A DNA stretch of 64,000 bases from Klebsormidium nitens (lineage: Eukaryota > Plantae > Klebsormidiophyceae): contig DF237061.1 of assembly GCA_000708835.1 (NCBI GenBank), positions 1 through 64,000 on the forward strand, read 5' to 3'. Below, piece after piece: positions 48,201 to 59,552 of this stretch. The notes below the pieces were generated by a model. That model was given only the letters and a program-made list of their open reading frames with translations, ran no database searches and was not told the origin of the DNA. A program made the translations under genes and the position numbers. How positions within the stretch are numbered: position 1 is the first letter of the stretch; every line of letters starts with the position of its first letter.

Positions 48201-49451
48201 GTTGGGCTACTCGGCGCCGGAGTACGTCATGAGCGGGCGGCTGACGACCAAGAGTGACGTGTACAGTTTCGGGGTGGTACTATTGGAGCTGATCACGGGG
48301 CGGACGTGCGTCGACCCACTGCAGCCCCCCGGGATGGAGTACCTCGTCGACTGGGCTAAGCCAAAACTGGGTGTGACCGTGAGTCACCCTCTTTTTCTCC
48401 TGTCGTGTTTGAGTTTCATTCTTGTGGTGCTCAATCTGCTCCTCTTCGTCATCCTGTTTTCTTTTGTGCTTTGAGTGTGAAGGTCTTCTGTGCGTTTTTT
48501 GCTTCCTTTTCTCCGTTGTTGCTCTCCTCTTTTCTGCTCCTGGATCCAGGATATTCATGATCAGAATCTAGACAACCTGTTCTCAAAGCAGACGCGCTGA
48601 CAGGTTGCGGGTTGCTGCACCTCTTGGGCCTGACAACCATCTGGGCACCTGTGGTCGCCCTCCCGCCCTTCACACTGTTTCGCCATTCCGTCTCGCTATT
48701 ACTTCATTTTCCGCTGACGAAACCCCCCCGTCTTCCCTCCAGGAAAAGCGGCTCAAGGTGGTGGGCTTTTGGACAGTCCTATCATTTCATTTGTCTGGTC
48801 TTCGTTGTCCGCTAACAAGCCTTCCTCATCCCCTCCTCAGGAAAACTGCTCAAGATTCTCGACACTCACATCGCCAGCCGGTACTAGCTCAAATTCTCTG
48901 GTCTTTGGAAAACCTTGCGCCGCTCTGTCTCTTTATCAGTCCGTTTCAAGCTGACATAATCCCTGTCCTTCCCCCAGGAAAAGCTGCTCAAGATCGTGGA
49001 CCCCGACATCGCCAGCCGGGTGCCCGTCGAACAACTCCTCCGTCTCGCCTCTGTCGCCGCCTCGTGCCTTCGCAGCAAGCCTCACGACCGGCCGTCCATG
49101 GGGGCGGTCCTCGACCACTTGTTACCCCTCATTATGTCGCCCCTCCCTTCCCCCCGGGCTGATCTGCTCGAGCCGGGCCTGCCGTACTCACCCCCCCAAA
49201 CCGGGGCGCTTTTAACCGCCCAGGAAAGCAGTCACCAGTACGAACCGGGGGGTGAGACGGGGACGTTGAGTCGGACGCAAAGTTGGGGTTCGGCGGAGAG
49301 CTTCGAGACGGCGGAAGTAGGCAGTCCGTGGCATGCACGGTACTCGTTCGGGCCGCGGCTCGTGATGAGCGACAGCTCGATGCAGGAGAAGGCGCGCGAG
49401 CAGCAACGAGCGCCGGAGGGCGGGGGGGCGGCCGAGCACCGGAGTTACTGA
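36258..49451 (+). CDS. LRR receptor-like Ser/Thr kinase (~18 LRRs, SEA-like juxtamembrane domain)
   Basis: Signal peptide [22 protein letters not shown] in exon 36258-37461; LRRNT W..DPC...W..V.C in 37861-~38075. LRR exons of 72/75/144/216 nt: 38414-38485, 38759-38902, 39245-39316, 39747-39818, 40175-40249, 40429-40500, 40768-40839, 41235-41306, 41485-41556, 41804-41875, 42203-42274, 42614-42829, 43418-43561. Then 44052-44356, 44828-44987, 45417-45861 ([16 protein letters not shown]; frameshift inside), 46274-46424, 47434-47657 ([18 protein letters not shown]), 48190-48378 ([18 protein letters not shown]), 48978-49451 (RPSM). Confidence 0.95.
46825..47470 (+). repeat. Tandem array (~110-130 bp period) of acceptor plus exon start; 5 degenerate copies and the functional one
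   Basis: cag|gctatgggagccagaaggcg...ctcgactgg units start at 46841, 46973, 47086, 47206, 47325 and (functional) 47434; most are preceded by gtaaagcacagc...ctcttgcg.t.cccgcag. Confidence 0.95.
48730..48885 (+). repeat. Two degenerate copies of the terminal-exon acceptor of the RLK
   Basis: cag|gaaaagcggctcaag (48743) and cag|gaaaactgctcaagattctcgacactcacatcgccagccgg (48841) versus the true cag|gaaaagctgctcaagatcgtggaccccgacatcgccagccgg (48978). Confidence 0.9.
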
Positions 49452-49901
49452 GGTTGCAAACGATCATATAAGGTGTGAGGATGTAAAAATGCATGTCAAA
49501 TTGTTGAGAGTTTAACTATGAGGATTAGGAATTGCTGCGTAGGAACAGGTGATTAGTTGGACATGCCAGGTTTGGGACGCGTCTTGCAGCTGTCACAGCA
49601 TTCTGTGTGCGGTGGCTTCGCGGAGGTATTAGTGAGGATCTAGTACTTCCAGTACCGCGGTTGCGGAGCGATGGCCGTGCATCGTCAAGGTGTTTCTGTA
49701 TTGTCAAACGTTTTTTATCCGAACTTGGCACACTACGTTAGGACGTACCAGTACTTACGATTCCAAGCCTGTGAGCACTATCCCAGCTTTGTCACATGCA
49801 CATGAGTTTACATACATGCAGACCAGACGACCGACCACAAGGGGTTGAGCGCAGCACTTTCGTGCTTTCAAAAAACATGCATGACCATGAGCAGGAACGA
49901 G

Positions 49902-49947
49902 TCAGATTGCGGTATGATCATGCATGCGTGATGATACCACAATCTGA
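49902..49947. repeat. Hairpin, 19-bp stem with 2 mismatches
   Basis: tcagattgcggtatgatca-tgcatgcg-tgatgataccacaatctga. Confidence 0.8.
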
Positions 49948-50101
49948 TGCATGCAGCCAACATCCCTGCCGGTAACATCCTCAAATCCGTGCCACCACTG
50001 GCATGTACTCAAACGATCATGCAAAGTTACCGTAGTACATGAATGTGCAAATCATACGGCCTCGATCGGACCTAAAAACGTACGGTACTTCGCGAACGAC
50101 C

Positions 50102-50133
50102 GGACCAATTGACTTTTCAAAGTCAATTGGTCC
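50102..50133. repeat. Perfect 15-bp hairpin
   Basis: ggaccaattgacttt-tc-aaagtcaattggtcc. Confidence 0.9.
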
Positions 50134-52014
50134 AACATGGCGAAAAATATATACGTACATCGATTTCTTTTCACACATGTAGGGCTCTGCGTACGCGCCT
50201 CGAGCTTTTGTGGTAGTTCTATGCTCTTTTGGGGATTGTAGGAGCATAGGATGTGAACCATCGACACAACCCCTATTCGTACCGGTAAAACGGTCGGATT
50301 GTAAATGACACCATGTGCCCGGGCCACTGATAATTGTAACAGAACGTATGAGTAATTCTCGCGCCATGACCTCGGATTATAGGTCGGAATCTACGGGCCG
50401 GGCCGATCGCCGTGCGTGCGCGGAGAGATCGGACTTACTGACTTCGTATATACCTGCGTGCCTGCGATCCGAGTACGGTCGAGGATCGTCGCATATATCA
50501 ATGATAGTATGCATGCCAGCATATGTTGCCAGTGGCAATATAAGTAAGTCGGATATGTTGAGCGGAATTCAATCGAAACATGTGATTAACTTAATGTCAC
50601 AAGCTACCTATGGTGGGTACCGGCCGAGTCGATTCCGACTCCGGCCGCCACAAAATCGATTTAGCGCGTATCGAATATCGTCAGTGTTACCGGCGGTTCG
50701 CGTCACGGCTACTCAGGTTTATGTTACTCGGGCGGTACAAATACTCAGAGAATTTTGCCGGGCCGTAAGTAAGTGTGAGGAGATTCTTAAACAGTGTCAG
50801 GTTTTACACTTTGAGAGGAGCATCAAATTGGCACGCAAAGAAGAGCCATATGCAGGCTTATAAAAACCTCTGACAAGCAGAAAAAAATGTTGGGAGAGCG
50901 TCATGAAGGCTCCTTCGAAGCTCCAACATCTTGTTATGTTGAGGACAAATCGGAAGAAGCACCATCGTGGCTGCAAATTGGCCGCCATTGCTTGCTTCTA
51001 AAAAGCGCCATTCCCTACACTCCCGTTTCCATCTTCTGCACTCTCCTTTCAAGTTAGGTACCGCGGTACTCTAGGGTGGTTCGAGTCGGAACTTCCGATC
51101 GAAACCATGATTTTCAAATTTCACGTACGGTCAGACTTGATCGGTACCGTACCGCCGGAAACTCCGGAAGTTTCTGACGATCGGAATGTCAGACAGATTC
51201 TAATTTATGAACTCGGACCGGATTCTCAAGTACCGGTCTGCACGGTCGTCAGTACCGCGTACAGTAATTGTCGCGACGCGACACACCGGTGATTCAAATT
51301 TGTGACCGGATCGTCGCGCGATCGAGACCGCCGATACCCACCATAGGTTGCTTGTGGTATACACATGATGAGTGGGGGCGGACGCATCGATCCAACAGCT
51401 CAAAGAAATGCACTGGCCCACGTTCAAGACTCATGTCATTTATCGAGCAGGCTTCGATTTTTGCTGATCAGAAAATCAACCGCCATATGAAACCAGGCTG
51501 CATGTTCGTTTCGATCACTGAATCAAGCAACGCAACATACAATAGGACCCGATCATTCATTGTGACCTAAATCAACTTGCCAGCCCGAAATGACGTTTAT
51601 GTGTGCTAGTATACTTCAATCTATTTAAATACGTGCGTCCGCGGCCAACAATTATATAACATAAGTACCTGAATGCTGCGCACTCAATGTTAGGGCGACC
51701 TGCAGAGCTTCTTCAAGGAGTTAAGCTCCTCTGAATCTGTGCCCTTTGTCAATCAAGCTTCTATGTACAAAGGAGCTGTGCCACATTGAAACGGTATACT
51801 GCACTCGTGTAGGTACAAGGAACTAATACAGGTCGATGATTTACGTACATACATGAGAAGCACTATGTGCAATCTCCTAGCAGATCCACACAACCATACG
51901 CCCTATCATAAGTGATCTGATCTGTCCGCAGAATTCTGGTTTAACCTGTTCATCCCAACTCCACAGAGGGAATGACTAGCTTTGCCCGACACTTCCGCTA
52001 AAGGCTACCGAGCG

Positions 52015-54873
52015 CTACTTCTCCTGGCTCCCTGTCCGACGGTCGGCTAACTGCTGATGCAACGTGCGCATCATGTCCGGACGCATTTTATACATAGTCC
52101 CTAGCGTCCGATTGCTAGCCCGCGCCCTTTCTATGCCTATGTCACTAGTCTCCCCTTCTTCAATTGTCACCAAAGCAAAGGTGCCAATAGGAGATTCTGT
52201 ACATGTCGTGCCAAGATGCCGCTGCATTGCGTCGCCGATCATCATGTCTTCGAGGCCACGGGCGGCACCGGATTCCTACAAACGGAAACGGAAGCAGCGT
52301 CGGATACAGGATGATCCGTTCCGTCCTGTTTTTTCTTCTCGTCCTTCTGCTTCAGTTCCGTCGAATTCGATTTTGCCCCCTATGGGTAAGAGCAACTGAC
52401 GGCGGAAACGATTCATAAAAGTCGATTCGATTGTGCATGAGTCGGAAATTTTCTGCTTGGCCTTGAGGAACTTCGGCAAAAACTGCACACAGCGCAGGCT
52501 ATTGAGTTTCGACGAAGCGAAGGAACCATTTATCGACTTCGTTTACTACGGCCGTTTTCAAACATCTTTGGTGACTCACCTGTTCAAAGGCGACGAACTG
52601 CTTAACCGCCGCATACGACAATATATAGCCAGGGCCACCACACGCGTAACCGCGCCTTATACGTTTCGTAACCGCCTCGTAACCACCCGTATCCGCCTCG
52701 TAACCCGTCACCGCCTCATAACCGTCCCCATCTGCCGACGTCCCTTCCAGGCGCGCAAACACGGAGCAGTCGAAGTACTTCATTTTGCTGCATCTAGAGT
52801 TTCCCTCTTCCCAAGAGCAGGCACAGTCGCCAACATAGTGAGGGCGTTCCTGGGGCGATTCTAGTGACGCCAGCGATTGGGATGTAATGGCCGCCAGATT
52901 GACGTACGTTTCGTCGCTCACCTGCGGAGGAAAAGGTTTTCCTTGACATTCCCAAATGGAGATGAATTGACCATATCCAGTGAATTTCAGTGAAAAATAG
53001 TGGACTGATCCAGTATATGACGTACTGGCGAGCCATCCTCTTCTGCGGGGTACATGGCTCGCGTTGATCAAAAGTCATGCAGCGAGAATTTCTGTGGGAC
53101 TGATCAGTGAGCCAAACCGGACTCTTCTTCAGAATGCAGGTGGGATTCGGCTATCTTTGAACTGTCGAATGCTTCAGAGGCTGCAAAATGACCCAGATTC
53201 GAGGACTTGAATTTGCCGCAAACGGAAGCATTGCGCCGCCGATATAAAGAGCTAGAAGGTCCTGGCCTGATGGCAGCTTTGGTGCGCGTTCCGAAGCAGG
53301 CAGGATGAAAACCTACACACTCAACTGACATGAAACCAGGACCAAGTAAACAGATTGTAGAAAAAATGAAAGTCCGAAGGCAGGCTTCAACTCGGATCAA
53401 GTATGAAGGTGTGAAGTACAGATCAGGATAAAGCTGGCGGCACTTTATGCTTGGGATTAATTAGGACTCTGATGCTTCTGTCCAGCCTATGTTGCATCTT
53501 AGTGATGTGATTTGCCATTCTTCCGACCAATTGCAGAGTGTCAGACATTTGCTCTGCAGATAAGCGCTCAGCGGCTCACCTTGATGTACCAAAGCGACGG
53601 CCCTGTCTTCAGAACCTGGATCAGGGATTGTACCGCCCGCTCGTTGCCTGCGCCCTTTGGTTCTTTTGGCAACCCTGGCCGCAATCTGCAAGAAGAAACG
53701 CCGAAAGTTTGAGAATTGCTATCTTTCGAACTGCCGGATCCAGCTGTGTTGTGCTCTACAGAAGCCAAACGTTTTGAGCTCACTGCTTGTTGACTTCAAA
53801 GGTCCTGTCAATGGATCAAGACTAATTATCAGGCGTACGTTTGAAAAACACTTCCTTTCCAAATCCTGTTCAAATTCGGAGGAAGCATTGAAACGATGCA
53901 ATTCAATCGTTTCAATCTTGACAGCCAATGTCAACTTCGCCCCAAGTGCGGCTTACAGTTGGCGAGCTCAGAGGTGAACATAAGCAGCATGGAGAATCTG
54001 CCAAGATACAATTCTGGACGGCCAGGTAAATGGCTTGAAGCCATCGAAAGCTGTCAGTAAAGAAAGACAACAGCAACGCTCCTGTCACTAACGAGAATCG
54101 CCGGTTCACCAGGAAGTGGCTCCTCGCTAACCCATAAATACCGCACTCCTGGGGGCAGCGGTTCCGCCAACCACGTCGCTTTCACGGCCGCAGCTTGAGT
54201 CTCCCATGTCTCTTTGGTGGTATGTATCAGTATTGTGATATGCCACCAGTCGTCGAAGGGTTTGACGAAGCTTCTGGCTTCGGAGTCTTCGTCTGATGTA
54301 GTGTCTGTCTGGACATTGATATCTTCTGGACAAGAACAGAGGAGTTGGGAGTCAGATGGAGGGTCAACAGACACGGGGCGCCTCAAACAATTGCTTTCTG
54401 CTTAGGATTTCCAACTAGGCTTTCAACCGGTAGGATCTTCACATTTCTGAAAGGCTGAGGGGATCTTTGGATGGTGTCATTGCTTCAAGCAAGGAAAGGA
54501 GATGCTGACAGGGCAGATAAAGAGGTAGTGGCAGCTGAAAGTCGTGATCTGGGGATCAACAACATTTGCCAACTGGCACGACTTGGGATCGACTTATCCT
54601 CGAAGTTGCCATCACAAAGCAGTCGGGAGGATCAGCAGGTATTTTGAAAGAAACAATGCAGGAAAGAATTGCCAACTGTGGCATTGCAGTGTGCCTGCAG
54701 ATTTGGTCGAGCAACTCACCAGTGAGCGCCTCAAGGCCTGACATGACGACCTTTGCTGCGACGCCAAAAGCACATAGCACGAGGAGAAGGACGGCGTCCG
54801 AGCGCTTTGGACGCGGCCATGCCGGCGTTGCCCGGCGATTATCATGAGCCCTTATATATGTCCTGCTAACCAT
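52015..54873 (-). CDS. Fringe-like / GT31 (core-1 beta-1,3-galactosyltransferase-like) type II membrane glycosyltransferase
   Basis: Exons 54873-54720 (N-terminal TM AVLLLVLCAFGVAAKVV), 54397-54110 (ILIHTTKETWETQAAAVKATW), ~53674-53580 (LWYIK), 52921-52580 (VSDETYVN...PHYVG...GYACGGPGYILSYAAVKQF), 52275-52015 (LEDMMIG). These resemble the GT31 motifs WFxKxDDDTYV, GxxxGGxGYVLS and EDxxxG. The exon-3 acceptor is uncertain. Confidence 0.75.
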
Positions 54874-55734
54874 CTTTGTCCTCAGCAGGCCATCAGCTTC
54901 AGCAGACTAGAAGGATCAGCAGGATGTATGAGGAGGCCGGTTGTGCTTCTGTTTGATTCCTCGGATTGTTGAGGCTGATGTGCAGATTGGAACTTATAGG
55001 TGCTGAGACGCACAACTCTGACGGGCCAAATGGTTGCTGATAACCACAGCATTGTGCAAATTCCTGCCAGGTGGATGCACCACCTTAGGCTTCACAAAGC
55101 GCCCTAGGAGCTGCCCATTCTTTCGAAACATTTCACCGGCTGATATTAGAATCTCAGATGATTCTCTCCGCCATCCTCACGTTGACAGAGTTCAGCGGTG
55201 AAACAGGGCAAGGACTCCGACTGACTCCGACAAGGAAACGAGGACCTGCAATGGCATGAGTTTTGAGCACACTGTTCCGCTACGTTCCGCCGCCTTGCAA
55301 CTTGCAACTTGACACTCGACTTCATTCATGGACTCAACTCTTGCATGCTATCTCGCGCGACTGCTCAGGCAGTTCCGCCAGACAATGCGACTGTGGTACC
55401 GTACATAGGTATTCCAACCTACCAAAGCGCTAGGTAGGTACCTATTTAACGGTAGGTACCGGTAGGTAGTACACTTGGCAGTTTCAGACATCTTGAGGGA
55501 CTTGCTGGTGCAGAATCGGTTAGCTACTTAGATCATTTTAGTCTCCCTTGAAGTCGTTTGGTGAGCCGTGTTCTCTAACAGATTGGTTTTTTCATAACCT
55601 CCCGTGACGGTTGACGTCCTCATCTGACGGTGAGACAGCTAACTTTGCCACGTGTAGTTCACCAATGCCGCTCGATTCCACCTTGCGCGCCGTCAACATT
55701 CAATTTGCCGAACTTTCGAAAGCACTTTTTCAAC

Positions 55735-55765
55735 TTTCCCGCATGTGACTTTTCAAGTTTCCCGC
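55735..55765 (+). promoter_or_regulatory. Two E2F consensus sites (TTTCCCGC) upstream of cyclin A
   Basis: TTTCCCGC at 55735-55742 and 55758-55765, ~490 bp upstream of the cyclin ATG. This is the canonical plant E2F site. Confidence 0.55.
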
Positions 55766-56248
55766 ATGTCTGCTTCCGCTCTTCAAACTTGAAAGTTCAA
55801 ACCCCAGCGAATGCATTTCAAGCTGCCCAAGCCTGCCAAGGCGCAAAACTTCCAAAAGGGACATCAGGCATTCAGTACCACCTGGAAGATCTCAAAAAGC
55901 TGTCCTGCATTCCATTCTGTCCTCCTGACTCTCCACTTTCAGATTTCAAGCCCCTCACTTCCAAGCGGTCGCATTTGCTTGCAGAGCTTTGGAATTTAGA
56001 AGGCGCAGCTTTTCGAGAGGACTCTGCAGAGGGTTCTTGTCTGGATCCTGCCCGTAAAGCATATAGGACTTGTTTTGAGATCATTTTGATGCTGACGTCT
56101 CTGCCTACTCGCTTCTCGCAAGTGGTCGTTCCCAGCAACTGTTTTCTGTTATGCTGACAATGAGGAGCAGGAAGCAGCAGCATCAAAACCATAACTTCCT
56201 ACGATCAGTACAATAAGAAGTGGTGCTCTAAAATAGTTTGCTACCATC

Positions 56249-59200
56249 ATGGGCCCTGTAGAAAGATTGCCAAGGGTGCGGACAAGGTCAACGAGCATTG
56301 CTATAGAAGGGGAGGAAAACACAGCGACAGGCAAGAGGCTCAGGGTGAAAGCAGAGGCGCTATCGACAAGGGGTGCCATAAAGAAGCGTCCTGCTTTGGC
56401 TGATGTGACAAATGCTCTTAGTCAAAGGCCTCAAACTCGAGGCATCTCCAAGGTGAGGCTCTGCGGTTGTCACAGTGCCCCTGATGTGCAATAGTCTTTG
56501 CCTGCAATATCCATCAGTGCAATTGTTTCCAAGACTACCTTCCGTTTAAACCACACATTTCAAAAAGTGTGTATTTTCAACGCCCCAGGTTTTGTCACGT
56601 AATACAAGTTTTCTGTTGACACAGGTCCGCAAGGAAGTGACTGCTGAACAACCGGTCTTGTTAAACAGAGATGTGCACCTTAGAGAGCCAGCAAGAGAGC
56701 CGGTAGGGACAGGCCCAGCGTATGAGTTGCCTAGCATTGAGCGTGGAGAAGGCCTCAGCCAGTTCTCAGCAACGGTGGTAGCAGCCCTCGAAAGGAGCAC
56801 AAAGCAGAGTCTAGTGATATCTTCAGGAGGGGCAGGTTCTGTCAAATGCAGGCCACGATCAAGAGGTAGGCCCAAGCTCTCCCTGAAGCCCGTCGATGCT
56901 TCTGACCTATTCTAATTTCTCCCGGGCATACGAAAATGCTGGAGCACCAGGACAGGCAGGCAAGGCTTGTGCTTGTGCAATAACATGTGTTGCTGGCAGG
57001 TGTCAGGATTTCTGATAGTCTGCATCAATCTGTGCAGATGAAGAAGTTGATCCATGCAAGAGGTTGGGTTGGTCACAAACCATCCTCTACAAGGACATTG
57101 ATGCTGAAGTTAAGGACCCTCAGATGTGCGCCGCTTACGTGAGTGTTGTTTCCTTCTTTTTAAATCTCTCAAGCACTTTCTCCCTCTGCTCTATCTGCTT
57201 TCTCAGCAGAGACAAAGGATCCGCTGAGTAGCAAGAACTATATGCATTGTCTGGGGACTTGGTCGGGCATACATAGGGTCCTTCAACTGCTTACTAAACC
57301 TTGCACGTGTTGTAGGTCACCGACATATACGAGCACTTGCGAGAAGCAGAAGTAAGTACCAAACTCCCTGCGTCATAAACAGGACTTTGAATCTCAGCCA
57401 GAATTGACCAACAAGCTCGAAGAGATGATTCCGCATCTTGCGCTACGCATGCGTCACATATATATCAACACACGCCAGTGCAAGCACTGATCCTCAACCC
57501 TGTCCTTGTGCAGTTGAAAAGGCGGCCAGCAACGAACTATATGGAGACTGTCCAGCATGACATCAATGCAAGCATGCGAGGAATCTTGATTGACTGGCTT
57601 GTAGAGGTAAGCCAACACTTGTACATGGCCATGAAGCTGCTGTCTAGAAGAGATTCACCGTCTGCCAAGTCTTGAAGACCTCTGCATGAGAAAACACACA
57701 AGTAAGATGCACTAGTTGGCAAGTCTACAAGCACTCAAAGCCCTCGTCTCATGATGCAGGTTGCTGAGGAGTACCGACTAGTACCAGACAGCTTGTATCT
57801 TACAGTGTCGTACATTGACCGATACTTGTCACGAAATCCAGTGCCGCGGAGCAAGCTTCAGCTTGTTGGCGTGACTGCCATGCTGATAGCATCGTAAGCT
57901 CTTACCCCTCCTGTGTCTCAAATGCCCCTCGTCTTGCCAACTGCTTACAAGACTACCTAGACAAGTTCTGTCTGCATCTGTTCACTTGTTTTGAGGAGGG
58001 TTTAGCTCTGCCGTTTCAGAGTTGTGAGAGGAACAGACTTGTTGTGCTTTTGCAGGAAATATGAAGAGCTATATCCACCGCAAGTGGACGAGTTCTGTTA
58101 CATCACTGACAACACGTACAACAGAGCAGAGGTGAGCATTCGAGAGGCTAAAAGCTTGCCAGGAAACGCACTGTCTACCCTTTTGAAAATGTCCCAGATG
58201 CATAGTTTCGACAGGATCGAACAAAGACCGAATGCAGGAGCGCTTTGTCTGCAGACTGCGAGGCAAGTGACCTGGTCCTTGCATGCTGTGAGCTCAGCTT
58301 TGACTCGTGATACTAAGACTGGGACCTTCCAATACAGTTAGCTGCTGTTCTAACTTCATATTGACTCATTTGTGAATGATTCTACGCCTTTGCTGCAGCT
58401 TCTATTGATGGAGCGGCACATGCTGAATACTCTTCATTTCGAGCTCAGCAACCCCTCAACCAAGAGCTTTTTGCGGCGCTTCCTACGAGCAGCACAGGCA
58501 AATGTACAGGTATGAGAGAGGCACCTGACTTGCGGTCGACCTGAATGACTGGCAGAAGTTTAATAGATTTTGCCAATAGCATCTGGGTTGCGTTCTCTGG
58601 TTGGACCTTGTAGCTGTGCCAGGAGGCAAGCCAGCTTTCATCGCCCATGAGATTCTTATCTTTCTCCTCTCTTTCTGTGCAGCTTGAGTTCCTGGCCAAC
58701 TTCCTTGCTGAGCTTAGTCTCCTCGAATACTCGTTCCTCAAGTACCTCCCCTCGGTCGTCGCTGCCTCATCAGTCTTCATTGCCAAGTACACGTTACAAC
58801 CAGAAAAGTCACCTTGGGTGAGGAAATGTCCACCTCGCTTCTCTTAGCCCTCTCCTGTCGACATCCTAAGGTTGCCCTCTATTCTTGCTTCGTCTTATCT
58901 CTTCAAGGAACCGGCACCACTGTCATATGCTGATCGTATTAGAAGTCCCAGCCGAGCGTGGCCTTTCTCGTCCTTGCACTTCAATCAGTGCTTGCCTTCA
59001 TCTGAAGCGAGCATGGTTCCTCCTTGTGAGATTTATAGAAGACTTACGAAAGTGATCCCGTTTTTCTGCAGACACTGACTTTGCAACACTACACCGGATA
59101 CAAGCCTTCGGATCTCAGAGAATGCGCGGAAGCCCTCCACCAGTTGCAGCTCAACACGAAGGGGTGCAATCTGCCAGCCACTAGGGAAAAGTACAGGTCC

Positions 59201-59552
59201 ACAAAGGTGAGAAGCCGGTCATCTTCAGTTTAAGTCCAGAGCACTGCTCAGTTGACTTTTTTCAGATTTGGACAGCGTTACTAAAGCAGTCGTTGAATGT
59301 GAGAGAGCGGTCGCAAGACGTTCTCGTCGAAGGCGCCACAAACCTCTTGGTCTTGGTCTTCTCTTGCTTGCGAAGAGGGAAAACGTGCCACTGGAAGCTT
59401 TCCAGGCGATATAATTTCTTTGGCGGCATCAACCTTTGAGTCCCTGACGTTTGGCGCTCTCTTTGCAGTACAAATGCGTAGCCGCAATTCCGCCACCTGA
59501 GTGGCTCCCTTTGGACCTCTTCAATGATGCGGTTCCCTTAGATCTTCTTTGA
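56249..59552 (+). CDS. CYCA: A-type cyclin
   Basis: Exons 56249-56452 (D-box RPALADVTN), 56625-56865, 57038-57138 (DPQMCAAY), 57316-57351 ([12 protein letters not shown]), 57514-57606 ([11 protein letters not shown]), 57760-57893 (VAEEY...[13 protein letters not shown]...[13 protein letters not shown]), 58056-58131 (KYEE...FCYITDNTY), 58399-58509, 58683-58817 (LAELSLLEY), 59072-59206, 59469-59552 (YKCVA...*). Confidence 0.96.

Noticed and set aside
52276-52488. 70-aa ORF as a terminal exon of the glycosyltransferase
   Set aside because: Direct splicing 52580->52275 is in phase and yields the conserved EDxxxG motif, so this ORF is probably intronic.
59229-59270. Proximal acceptors for the cyclin last exon
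   Set aside because: They give a 22-nt intron or non-cyclin sequence. The acceptor at 59469 gives the conserved YKCVA ending.
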